Origin: Methanobacteriota archaeon
GTDB taxonomy: Archaea; Hydrothermarchaeota; Hydrothermarchaeia; Hydrothermarchaeales; JACRDW01
DNA length: 32,345 nucleotides
NCBI GenBank assembly: GCA_043820925.1
Contig: JBDRDL010000039.1
Location: 1-32,345 of the forward strand
Direction: 5' to 3'
Positions 25,202-32,345 of this stretch are shown here, one piece after another. Position 1 is the first letter of the stretch, and every line of letters starts with the position of its first letter. Made by a program: the position numbers and the translations under genes. The notes under the pieces are model-generated. The model was not told the DNA's origin. It made no database searches and saw only the letters and a program-made list of their open reading frames with translations.

Positions 25202-26125
25202 TTATGCCTTCGCTAGAGCAAGAACAAGGTCTCTTTCGGTCAGTATTCCAGTTAGCTTGCCGTCCTCTACAACGCAAACCGTGCCCGTGCCTTCATCCTT
25301 AATTACTCTTGCTACATCTCCCAAGTCCATATCTTTCGTGACTGTCGCAGCTCCGGTTTTCATTATTTCCTCGCATCTCGTCTTCAAGACCTCGTCCACC
25401 TTATTCTCAACGATTTTCGCAAAAATGTTATTTCTGCCTATGAAATCTATTATCGTACGGGTTGTGAGCATTCCGACGAGCTTTCCATCGCTGACTATCG
25501 GCAGCCTCCTGAAGCTGTTCTCGGTCATTGTTTTTGTCGCCTCGCCGAGGGTAGTTTTGGGAGAAGCTGTTACAACCTTTTTGGTCATGTGCTCCTCGAC
25601 CTTCTTGCCTGTCAGCTTGTCAGCTAACAGAAAAGCCAGGTCGTGCTCGGTAACGATGCCCAGGACTTTCTTGTCATCGTCGACTACAACCACACCGCCA
25701 ATTCTGGTTTTAATTATCAAGTTCAAAGCATCTTTGATGGTTGCATCCTTGCTAACACTCAGCACGTCAGTAACCATTATCTCCCTAACAGACTGATTTA
25801 TCGCTGCGAGGAAATTGCCCCTGTACCTTTTCTGGATTATCTGGACTTTGTCGCCCCCGCCCAGGAAGTCTATTATATCACTGCTGCCTATGATTCCCAG
25901 CAATCTGTTAGTACCCGGGTCTGCAACTGGCAGTCTCCTGAACCCGTACTTCGTCATCGTCTCTGCTGCGCCCTTTATGGACATCGTCGGAGGTATGGTA
26001 ACGACTTCTTTTGCTGCTATGGACATTATCGAGCCTTCTCTTTCAGCTACTCTGCTCCCAAACTCTAAAGAACCTCTCCCCCTCGCCTGCGTCATGCTTG
26101 GCTTATCCAGCTTGTATCCTTTCAT
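25202..26125 (-). CDS. CBS-domain protein (4 CBS)
   Basis: FRRLPV, GIVTEHD, FRRLPI, GILTERD. Confidence 0.92.
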   Translation of the reverse strand: MKGYKLDKPSMTQARGRGSLEFGSRVAEREGSIMSIAAKEVVTIPPTMSIKGAAETMTKYGFRRLPVADPGTNRLLGIIGSSDIIDFLGGGDKVQIIQKRYRGNFLAAINQSVREIMVTDVLSVSKDATIKDALNLIIKTRIGGVVVVDDDKKVLGIVTEHDLAFLLADKLTGKKVEEHMTKKVVTASPKTTLGEATKTMTENSFRRLPIVSDGKLVGMLTTRTIIDFIGRNNIFAKIVENKVDEVLKTRCEEIMKTGAATVTKDMDLGDVARVIKDEGTGTVCVVEDGKLTGILTERDLVLALAKA

Positions 26126-26126
26126 A

Positions 26127-26909
26127 TCATCTCTCCAGGTATTGTTTTATAATATCGTTCCTATCAACTAAGCCCAAAAGCCTGCCTTTCTCTATTACCG
26201 GCAAACTTCCAATATTCTTCTTCAGCATCATTGCTGCAGCATCCTCGATTCTTGCTTCCGGGGCAATTGAAATGACCGGAGTTTGCATAACTCTCTCCAC
26301 AGTCGAGGTCCTGCTTTTTCCACCTTCACCCTCTCTGTGAATTCTCGCAAAACCTGCAGCTATTATATCGCCTCTGGTTATCATCCCAATTACCTTCTTT
26401 TTCACAACCGGCATGCCGGTGCAGCTGACCTCCTCCATCTTTCTCCAGACTTTTGTTATCAGGTCGCTTGGGGAGCAGGCGGGTACATTTCTATTCATTA
26501 TCTCTTTAACAAGTTTTTTTGGAGAGCGTCTCTTCTCGAGCAGCACTTTTAGAAGGTCATGGGTGCTCACAACCCCCGCTAACTTCATGCTCTGCTTGGA
26601 CTCGACGACCATCGCCCTGCTGACTTTTGCCCCAAGCATTTTTTTAGCAGCGCTAAGCAAATCTTCGTCCGGGGTGAGGTAAACGAGAGGCGAGGACATT
26701 ATTCCATTTGCAGTAACATTAGACTTCGTAGAAGTGATGTTCAGCATATCTCGCCTTGTGATAATACCAATCAGCCTTTCTTTTCTGTCAACAACCGGCA
26801 GGCTTCTGTATCCAGACCTCCTGAAGATGGACCTGACTTTTGTAGCCAGGTCGCTGTCCCTGACAAACAGAGGTCTGCTCATTACTTTCTCTATTAATTC
26901 ATCCCCCAC
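26127..26909 (-). CDS. CBS-domain protein (4 CBS)
   Basis: RSLPVV..GIITRRD, GSLPV..GLVDRND; GTG 26909 with AGGAGG RBS preferred over ATG 26951. Confidence 0.9.
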   Translation of the reverse strand: MGDELIEKVMSRPLFVRDSDLATKVRSIFRRSGYRSLPVVDRKERLIGIITRRDMLNITSTKSNVTANGIMSSPLVYLTPDEDLLSAAKKMLGAKVSRAMVVESKQSMKLAGVVSTHDLLKVLLEKRRSPKKLVKEIMNRNVPACSPSDLITKVWRKMEEVSCTGMPVVKKKVIGMITRGDIIAAGFARIHREGEGGKSRTSTVERVMQTPVISIAPEARIEDAAAMMLKKNIGSLPVIEKGRLLGLVDRNDIIKQYLER

Positions 26910-27453
26910 CTGGCTTTTCCTCCTTACAACTCTCGCAGACGTAAATGCCATCCACCTCGTATATTGGTATCATGTGGTCTCCGCAAACCTCGCACGTTCC
27001 CCTTTCCGGAGCTTCCCCTGTGGAATGCACCTCGACATTCATCTTTGAAAGCTCTTCAAGTATTTCAATCATCTGCGGAGAGATTGCAAGTATATCTTTA
27101 TTTGTTATGATTCCCACTAAAACATCTTTATCTATTACAGGCAGCCTTCGAATATTGTGCTTTGCCATCAGCCTGGAAGCCTGCTTCAAGGTAGTGTCAG
27201 GTCCAACCGTTTTCAGCGGAGCTGACATTATATCCTTAACTTTAACCTTGCTCGGCATTTTGTTCTTCGCAACCACGCCAAAGCAGAAGTCTCTTTCTGT
27301 AACTATGCCTATCGGCTTTCCGTTCTCGACGACCACAACGCTTCCGATATCCTTCTTTGCCATCATCCTGGCTACTTCATCTGCGGGTGCATCAGGTCCA
27401 ACCGTCACAACACTTGGTTCCATTGCTTCTCCGACTTTTATCTCTGTTTCCAT
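26899..27453 (-). CDS. CBS-pair protein with C-terminal zinc ribbon
   Basis: GIVTERD, IRRLPV; CEVCG...CESC. Confidence 0.9.
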   Translation of the reverse strand: METEIKVGEAMEPSVVTVGPDAPADEVARMMAKKDIGSVVVVENGKPIGIVTERDFCFGVVAKNKMPSKVKVKDIMSAPLKTVGPDTTLKQASRLMAKHNIRRLPVIDKDVLVGIITNKDILAISPQMIEILEELSKMNVEVHSTGEAPERGTCEVCGDHMIPIYEVDGIYVCESCKEEKPGGG

Positions 27454-27519
27454 GTTTTTCCTCGCTAAAATTTTCTATGTTCGAATATAAATATATTTAT
27501 GCTTTGCTGATAATCCTTT

Positions 27520-27993
27520 ATGAAATTCATTGCAGACTCAATGCTCGGTCGCCTGGCACGCTGGCTTAGGCTGAGCGGATACGATGTGCTCTATGCAAAT
27601 GATATCTTGGACGAGAGCATACTCGAGCAGGCAAAATCAGGTAGAATACTGCTGTCAAAAGACAAAAACCTGTGCAAAAAAGCTGAGAGCAGAGGCATTG
27701 ATGCAATGCTCGTAACGAGCGACGATATTCTGGAGCAATTGAAGCAGGTTGCGATGGAGAGAAATCTAATTATTCGTTCCACTCCAGAATTTTCCCGCTG
27801 CCCTCTGTGCAATGCTGCTGTAGAAAAAATCGAAAAGGAAAAAATAAGAGATAGAGTGTCGAAATCTGTATTCAAGCGCAGCGAAGAGTTCTGGGAATGC
27901 AAGAGCTGCGGAAAGATATACTGGCACGGCGGGCACTGGAAAAATATAAGAGAGAGGGTGAGGAGAATTGACGTAGGTGTTCAAGGAGCTTGA
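27520..27993 (+). CDS. Mut7-C RNase (PIN-like) domain protein with zinc ribbon
   Basis: KFIADSMLGRLARWLRLSGYD, RCPLCN, CKSCGKIYWHGGHW. Confidence 0.92.
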   Translation: MKFIADSMLGRLARWLRLSGYDVLYANDILDESILEQAKSGRILLSKDKNLCKKAESRGIDAMLVTSDDILEQLKQVAMERNLIIRSTPEFSRCPLCNAAVEKIEKEKIRDRVSKSVFKRSEEFWECKSCGKIYWHGGHWKNIRERVRRIDVGVQGA

Positions 27994-28400
27994 AAATGTA
28001 CAAGATACCCGGAGAGGAAGAGATTGGCAGCGCTATTACCAAAATTCTGGAAAAGTACAGAGAGGTCGAATCACAAAAGCTGCTCCATTCCCTGGTTTTG
28101 AAAAAACTGAAAGAGCACAATCAATATTACATGCTCTCCGGAGACAGGGTGAGAAAAATTGCATCAAAGCTGCCTGCCGTTAGAATTTTCGTGGAGAAAA
28201 GAAAAACTGACAGAGAGGCGAAAAAATGCTATGTGTGCGGCAGTGCGCTAGAAGTTCTCAAGGTAAAAAATCTGTATGGAAATGAAACCGCAATCGGCAA
28301 AAAATGCGTTATATGCGGCTTCAAAATGGACAGGAAAAATTTAATGCCGAGGAAATATGTTTTTCTAAGAAGGGCTAAGCTTGCACACGGCGAATCGTAG
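27990..28400 (+). CDS. Hypothetical protein, wHTH-like N-terminus + zinc ribbon
   Basis: VESQKLLHSLV, CYVCG...CVICG; last residues (LAHGES) are encoded by a CRISPR half-repeat. Confidence 0.8.
   Translation: MKMYKIPGEEEIGSAITKILEKYREVESQKLLHSLVLKKLKEHNQYYMLSGDRVRKIASKLPAVRIFVEKRKTDREAKKCYVCGSALEVLKVKNLYGNETAIGKKCVICGFKMDRKNLMPRKYVFLRRAKLAHGES
28380..28396 (+). repeat. Isolated CRISPR 5' half-repeat (left boundary of TA island)
   Basis: CTTGCACACGGCGAATC identical to 29201-29217 and 29854-29870. Confidence 0.85.
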
Positions 28401-28515
28401 AAGGACTCGGCTTAAAAGGAGCAGTCGATTCGTCAGCAAAATTAAAGCCAATTACGGCAACTCTGTTTTAGAACTCAGAGAAAAGACCAGAGATTTGACG
28501 ATGGAAGAAATATGA
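28397..28515 (+). pseudogene. 5'-truncated, frameshifted antitoxin-like remnant
   Basis: VEGLGLKGAV / FVSKIKANYGNSVLELREKTRDLTMEEI* begins right at the half-repeat. Confidence 0.35.
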
Positions 28516-28587
28516 CAGTCCCTTCTTTTGCTTATATTTAAAAACTTTCCGATAATAATATAAACTAAACAAGACCCAGCACAGAAT

Positions 28588-28797
28588 ATGGAGATCGTCT
28601 ATTCAAATCATGCTAAAAAGAGGATGAAACAAAGAGGAATAACTGAACTAGAGGTCGAGCACGTATTAAACCATCCTGTTTATGTAAAGAAATCTTTTGA
28701 AGGTAGAAAAGAGGCAGTAGGAGAAGTCAAGAATAGAACAATCAAAATCAAGTTCATAGAGACAGAAAGCTATATAAAGATAATAACCGTTATGTAA
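28588..28797 (+). CDS. DUF4258-family (RelE/BrnT-like) putative toxin
   Basis: IVYSNHAKKRMKQRGI...IITVM; AT-rich; paired with DUF2283. Confidence 0.85.
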   Translation: MEIVYSNHAKKRMKQRGITELEVEHVLNHPVYVKKSFEGRKEAVGEVKNRTIKIKFIETESYIKIITVM

Positions 28798-28800
28798 AAC

Positions 28801-29007
28801 ATGAACTTCGAATACGACGAAGAAGCAGATGCGGCATACATTTACATAAAACATCCAATAAAAGAAGGAGAAGCAAAGAAAACTATTGAATTAAATGAAA
28901 ACATAATAATTGATTTTGACGGTAAGGGAAAACTTCTTGGTGTAGAAATTCTAAATGCGAGTAAATTATTAAATAAGAAAGTACTTCTCGAGGCTCAACA
29001 TGCGTAA
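28801..29007 (+). CDS. DUF2283-family putative antitoxin
   Basis: YDEEADAAYI...DFDGKGKLLGVEILNAS. Confidence 0.9.
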   Translation: MNFEYDEEADAAYIYIKHPIKEGEAKKTIELNENIIIDFDGKGKLLGVEILNASKLLNKKVLLEAQHA

Positions 29008-29052
29008 GCTGTTGATAAAAAACTGTCGAATAACCTTTAATGCTCCACGCGA

Positions 29053-29218
29053 CCTGCGCCCAGCGAATCTACAGAGTTAGGAATGCAACATTATATCCCC
29101 TGTTGCTGTCTCAGGGTGTCGTGAACCTTGCACACGGCGAGTCTACAGAGTTAGGAATGCAACAAGTATTACAGCAAATATATTGTATGGTTTATTATTT
29201 CTTGCACACGGCGAATCT
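29053..29218 (+). CRISPR. Orphan CRISPR mini-array: 2 full 37-bp repeats + 1 half repeat, 2 spacers of 37 bp
   Basis: Repeats at 29053-29089, 29127-29163 and 29201-29218 (exact 74-bp period); consensus CTTGCACACGGCGAATCTACAGAGTTAGGAATGCAAC; unrelated spacers 29090-29126 and 29164-29200. Confidence 0.8.
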
Positions 29219-29256
29219 CAATTTTCTTACGCACGTTAAGTTATAAGGTTATAACC

Positions 29257-29472
29257 ATGCAGGTATTCAAGTCTAAGGTCAGGAAGATAGGAAATGCCGA
29301 AGGGGTCTTAATACCACGAGAAATCCTTAAAAAATTGGGAGTTGCAGAGGGAGACATCATCCAGCTGTCAGCGATACCTCCCCAGGCAGCGAGGGGCAGG
29401 GCGCTGATGGAGATGGTAGGGATTTTTAAGGGCAAGAAGCCGTTCAAGAGAGACTGGAAGGACAGGTTTTGA
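29257..29472 (+). CDS. AbrB/MazE-family antitoxin (VapB-like)
   Basis: SKVRKIGNAEGVLIPREILKKLGVAEGD. Confidence 0.88.
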   Translation: MQVFKSKVRKIGNAEGVLIPREILKKLGVAEGDIIQLSAIPPQAARGRALMEMVGIFKGKKPFKRDWKDRF

Positions 29473-29852
29473 TGTTCGTTGATACTAATATTTTAATATC
29501 GCTCTTTATAGGCGACAGGATTGTAAAAGAGATTCTTGCACATGTCAAGGGCGAGCCTCTCTTCTGTTCTGTTTTGCAGCTTTCGGAGATCGCAGATTGG
29601 TGCATCAGAGAAAACGCCAGCATAAGCGAGGCGATGTCTAACATCAAGAAAGTTGTGCAGATAATACCCCTAACCGAAGAGGTCTGTATCGAAGGTGCTA
29701 AAATAAAGCATGCCCGCAGGAAAGCGGGCTACAAAAATTTTCCGCTCATCGACGGCATCATCGCCGCAAGCGCAAAGAGTATAGGACAGGAACTGCTCAC
29801 CTCCGATGAAGACCTTGAAGGACTGGTGGGTGTTATCTACATAAGTAAATAA
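29469..29852 (+). CDS. vapC: VapC PIN-domain toxin
   Basis: FVDTNILI, LSE, LIDGIIAA, LLTSDED; TTGA overlap with antitoxin. Confidence 0.9.
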   Translation: MMFVDTNILISLFIGDRIVKEILAHVKGEPLFCSVLQLSEIADWCIRENASISEAMSNIKKVVQIIPLTEEVCIEGAKIKHARRKAGYKNFPLIDGIIAASAKSIGQELLTSDEDLEGLVGVIYISK

Positions 29853-29853
29853 A

Positions 29854-29874
29854 CTTGCACACGGCGAATCTACA
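29854..29874 (+). repeat. Isolated CRISPR 5' half-repeat (right boundary of TA island)
   Basis: CTTGCACACGGCGAATCTACA, first 21 nt of the array consensus, 1 bp after vapC stop. Confidence 0.85.
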
Positions 29875-29926
29875 ATCCCAAAATTCTTATACTTCCTGCG
29901 CTGATTTAGAAAGAAAGGGATTCATA

Positions 29927-30541
29927 ATGTACTCTTTGGAGGACGGCGCTTTTTTAGTTAAGCTCGCCAGAAACACGATAGAGAAATATCTCGAAGATGG
30001 CAAGCTGATTGCGCCGCCTAAAAATACGCCTGAGAAATTGAGAGAGAAGGCAGGCGTCTTTGTGACGCTTGAAACATACCCGAGAAAAGATTTGCGGGGC
30101 TGCATAGGCTATCCTGAGCCTGCAATGCCGCTCGTAGAGGCTACAATAAGGGCTGCGATTTCTGCCGCAGTGCAAGACCCAAGATTTCCGCCAGTTTTGC
30201 GTGGAGAGCTCAACAATACAATAGTGGAAGTAAGCGTGCTCACTCCGCCAGAGCTCATAAAAGTAAAATCCTCGAAAGAGTATTTACAAAAAATAGAGAT
30301 TGGCAGGAATGGCTTAACGGTTGAGAGAGGACCCAGCAGAGGTTTGCTCCTGCCCCAGGTGCCAGTTGACGAAAACTGGAGCAAAGAAGAATTTTTGTCC
30401 TACACGTGCATGAAGGCAGGCTTGCCGCCGGACTGCTGGTGCGACGAGGGCACAAAAATATACAAATTCTCAGGCATCGTTTTCTGCGAGGTTGAGCCGA
30501 AGGGCGAGGTTGTGGAGAAGAAGCTAAGGTGCAAAAATTAA
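29927..30541 (+). CDS. AMMECR1-domain protein
   Basis: GVFVTL, LRGCIG, DPRF, EVSVLT, GLLLPQV, CMKAG. Confidence 0.94.
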   Translation: MYSLEDGAFLVKLARNTIEKYLEDGKLIAPPKNTPEKLREKAGVFVTLETYPRKDLRGCIGYPEPAMPLVEATIRAAISAAVQDPRFPPVLRGELNNTIVEVSVLTPPELIKVKSSKEYLQKIEIGRNGLTVERGPSRGLLLPQVPVDENWSKEEFLSYTCMKAGLPPDCWCDEGTKIYKFSGIVFCEVEPKGEVVEKKLRCKN

Positions 30542-30542
30542 T

Positions 30543-31223
30543 TTACTGCCTCGCAACCATGACCCGCATTCTGTCTCCGCAGTTCTCCGCATGGTCAGCG
30601 ATTCTTGCGAGCTGTCTTGTTAGACGCATCATTAGATAAAATTCTCCATGGGTGAATTCTTTCTCCATGTCAAACAAGCGCTTCCTCATCTCTATCACAG
30701 CGTGGTCAGTTATCTCTTCCTTTATGTCCAGCTCGTTTACGTACCCGCAGTATTCCTCTTTCTTCTTTTCATCAGCAAAAGAAGTCTCCAGCAGCTCGAT
30801 TATGCAGTCCAATGCCGGAGGTATAACATCAACCGTATCACAGGCTTTGTTTGTCAAATCTATAAGCTGCTCCTTTATGCTGTGTGGAAGCTTCATTCTC
30901 TTTAGACCCAAATTCAGCGCAACTTCTTCGATTCTGTCAGCCACCTGGTCCTGCTCCCTCAGATAATTCAGAAGGTCTCCCCTATTTACCGGCATGAGAA
31001 TGCTCCTCGGCAGGTGCTCCCTGATATAATTCTTTGTTTTATCTGCTTCCCGCTCCATCGCAACTATCTTCCTTGCAAGCTCAGCAGAGCTTTCAAAATC
31101 CTCGTTGCAGTAAGCCTTGATGAACTCTCGAAGCAAATCTGAGCATGCTTTAACCTGACCAAGATGCTTTACTAAATGCTCGAACGGAGACTCTGCAAAC
31201 AGACCCATTATACTCCTAACCAT
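30543..31223 (-). CDS. DUF47/PhoU-like phosphate transport regulator
   Basis: LFAESPF, EREAD, PVNRGD, QDQVAD, IADHAENCGD; next to PiT. Confidence 0.9.
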   Translation of the reverse strand: MVRSIMGLFAESPFEHLVKHLGQVKACSDLLREFIKAYCNEDFESSAELARKIVAMEREADKTKNYIREHLPRSILMPVNRGDLLNYLREQDQVADRIEEVALNLGLKRMKLPHSIKEQLIDLTNKACDTVDVIPPALDCIIELLETSFADEKKKEEYCGYVNELDIKEEITDHAVIEMRKRLFDMEKEFTHGEFYLMMRLTRQLARIADHAENCGDRMRVMVARQ

Positions 31224-32218
31224 GCTCTCACCAGCAAGAATATTGCCACGCTGAATATTGCAGTCAGAGGCACTGTAACGAACCACGAAATCAGTATCCT
31301 ATATATTATTCTGATATTTAAAGCTTTTATACCTCTGGCAAAGCCAACGCCTATGACCGCACCCACGACTGTGTGCGTTGTTGAAATCGGCATTCCGACA
31401 GCAGAGGCTACGAGAATCACGCTTGCCGCTGAAAACTCTGCCGCAAAGCCGCGGGTAGGTGTTATCTCAGTAACCTTCTTTCCTATGGTTTCTATAACCT
31501 TGTAACCCCAAGTAATTGTCCCCAAAATTATTCCAAACGCTCCCAGAGCAAGCAGCCCGATCGGATTGACCGCTTCTGCCCCTCTATACGTCAGTATCAT
31601 GTAGATGGGTCCAACCGCATTTGCAACGTCGTTGCTGCCGAAGGCGAAGCCGACATACATGGCGGTTGCTACCTGAAGGTATCCAAATACCTTCTCAGCC
31701 TTTTTAACATTTTTTGCCCTCTTCAGCACGAACCTCTTTATCAGCAGCGTGTAAATTAAAAAAGCTCCGACTGCACCTGCGATGGGAGACGTAAACCAGC
31801 TGGCAACGATTTTTTTCATAACCTCCCATTTTATGCCCTGCCAGCCAGCGGCAACGAGACCGAACCCTAAAACAGCGCCCACGATTGAATGGGTCGTGGA
31901 TACGGGCAGGCCTCGCCATGTTGCGATGGTAAGCCATATTCCTGCTCCGAGAAGCGATGACAGGGCACCTATCACAATGAGGTCTGTGCTCGGGACTTTA
32001 TCCAAGCTGACGATTCCCTTTCCAATCGTCTTTGTAACATAGCTGCCGAATAAAACTGCTCCGAGAAAGTCGAAGATGCATATCCTAAGGAGCGCTCCTC
32101 GCATGCCCAGAACCCCGCTGCCCACAGAAGTGCCTATGGAGTTTGCGGTATCGTTGGCACCTATGTTCCAAGCCATGTAAAGTCCAGCGGCGATTACTAC
32201 TAAGAAAAATATCTCCAC
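31208..32218 (-). CDS. Inorganic phosphate transporter (PiT family)
   Basis: GANDTAN, PVSTTHS, GSNDVAN, PISTTH. Confidence 0.94.
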   Translation of the reverse strand: MEIFFLVVIAAGLYMAWNIGANDTANSIGTSVGSGVLGMRGALLRICIFDFLGAVLFGSYVTKTIGKGIVSLDKVPSTDLIVIGALSSLLGAGIWLTIATWRGLPVSTTHSIVGAVLGFGLVAAGWQGIKWEVMKKIVASWFTSPIAGAVGAFLIYTLLIKRFVLKRAKNVKKAEKVFGYLQVATAMYVGFAFGSNDVANAVGPIYMILTYRGAEAVNPIGLLALGAFGIILGTITWGYKVIETIGKKVTEITPTRGFAAEFSAASVILVASAVGMPISTTHTVVGAVIGVGFARGIKALNIRIIYRILISWFVTVPLTAIFSVAIFLLVRAWLGV

Positions 32219-32345
32219 ACCATCACCTGAAATGTTATAATTATCGAGACTAGCGCAGACACAAAAACTATCTTTCGCTCAGACCAGTCTTGCGTTTTCT
32301 CGTGCGCCAGCATTATCGAAGACAGCAGCGCAGCTATGCCTATGC
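32200..32345 (-). CDS. C-terminal fragment of a membrane protein (runs off window end)
   Basis: Open frame IGIAALLSSIMLAHEKTQDWSERKIVFVSALVSIIITFQVMVWRYFS*. Confidence 0.5.
   Translation of the reverse strand, partial: IGIAALLSSIMLAHEKTQDWSERKIVFVSALVSIIITFQVMVWRYFS

Noticed and set aside
25202..27453. Three tandem CBS genes as a novel system
   Set aside because: Tandem CBS-domain gene clusters are common in euryarchaea
27990..28400. Zinc-ribbon gene next to the array as a Cas12f/TnpB fragment
   Set aside because: No RuvC acidic motifs, only 136 aa, and coupled to the Mut7-C gene like an ordinary conserved archaeal gene
28459..28466. AACTCTGT as a tracrRNA anti-repeat
   Set aside because: Only 8 nt complementary to the repeat and it lies within an apparent coding remnant
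29090..29200. Self-targeting of spacers within this window
   Set aside because: No convincing protospacer found by eye on either strand; needs a computational search
29040..29246. 68-aa ORF across the array; likewise ORFs 16838-17035, 16866-17060 and 8083-8295
   Set aside because: They overlap the CRISPR array, tRNA or repeat insert and are spurious translations
344..32042. Numerous antisense or alternate-frame ORFs in the track (e.g. 557-1012, 13003-13530, 25257-25796, 26945-27490)
   Set aside because: Shadow ORFs overlapping well-supported genes, with Ser/Phe/Ile-rich antisense composition and no motifs

Overview
Gene-dense archaeal chromosomal window. Archaeal origin is supported by a tRNA with a BHB intron, a DGGGP-synthase-like UbiA gene, TATA-box promoters and GGTGA/GGAGG ribosome-binding sites. 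Most of it is housekeeping or metabolic: Na+/Ca2+ antiporter, sulfate-exporter-family permease, HtrA, a ccdA/ccmF/thioredoxin cytochrome c maturation cluster, MoaD/MoaE, hexuloisomerase, IscA, three CBS proteins, AMMECR1, and PiT with DUF47. Three things stand out. (1) A five-gene divergent locus (17502-24437): two different tubulin/FtsZ-superfamily GTPases sandwich a membrane-anchored coiled-coil protein, back-to-back with two exported, C-terminally anchored proteins. The second GTPase has motifs resembling eukaryotic tubulin (SGAGNNW, HF, NxMAxxD). (2) A cas-less CRISPR mini-array (37-bp repeats, 37-bp spacers, 29053-29218) with a Cas12f/Cas14-like repeat, whose isolated 5' half-repeats also bound two toxin-antitoxin cassettes (28380-29874). 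(3) A family of small palindromic insertions: one in-frame inside ccmF, one between ccmF and ccdA with an 11-bp duplication, and one behind tRNA-Gln with a duplicated tRNA 3' end. A further TA cassette is flanked by a 27-bp direct repeat. All family assignments come from reading motifs by eye; no database searches were run.
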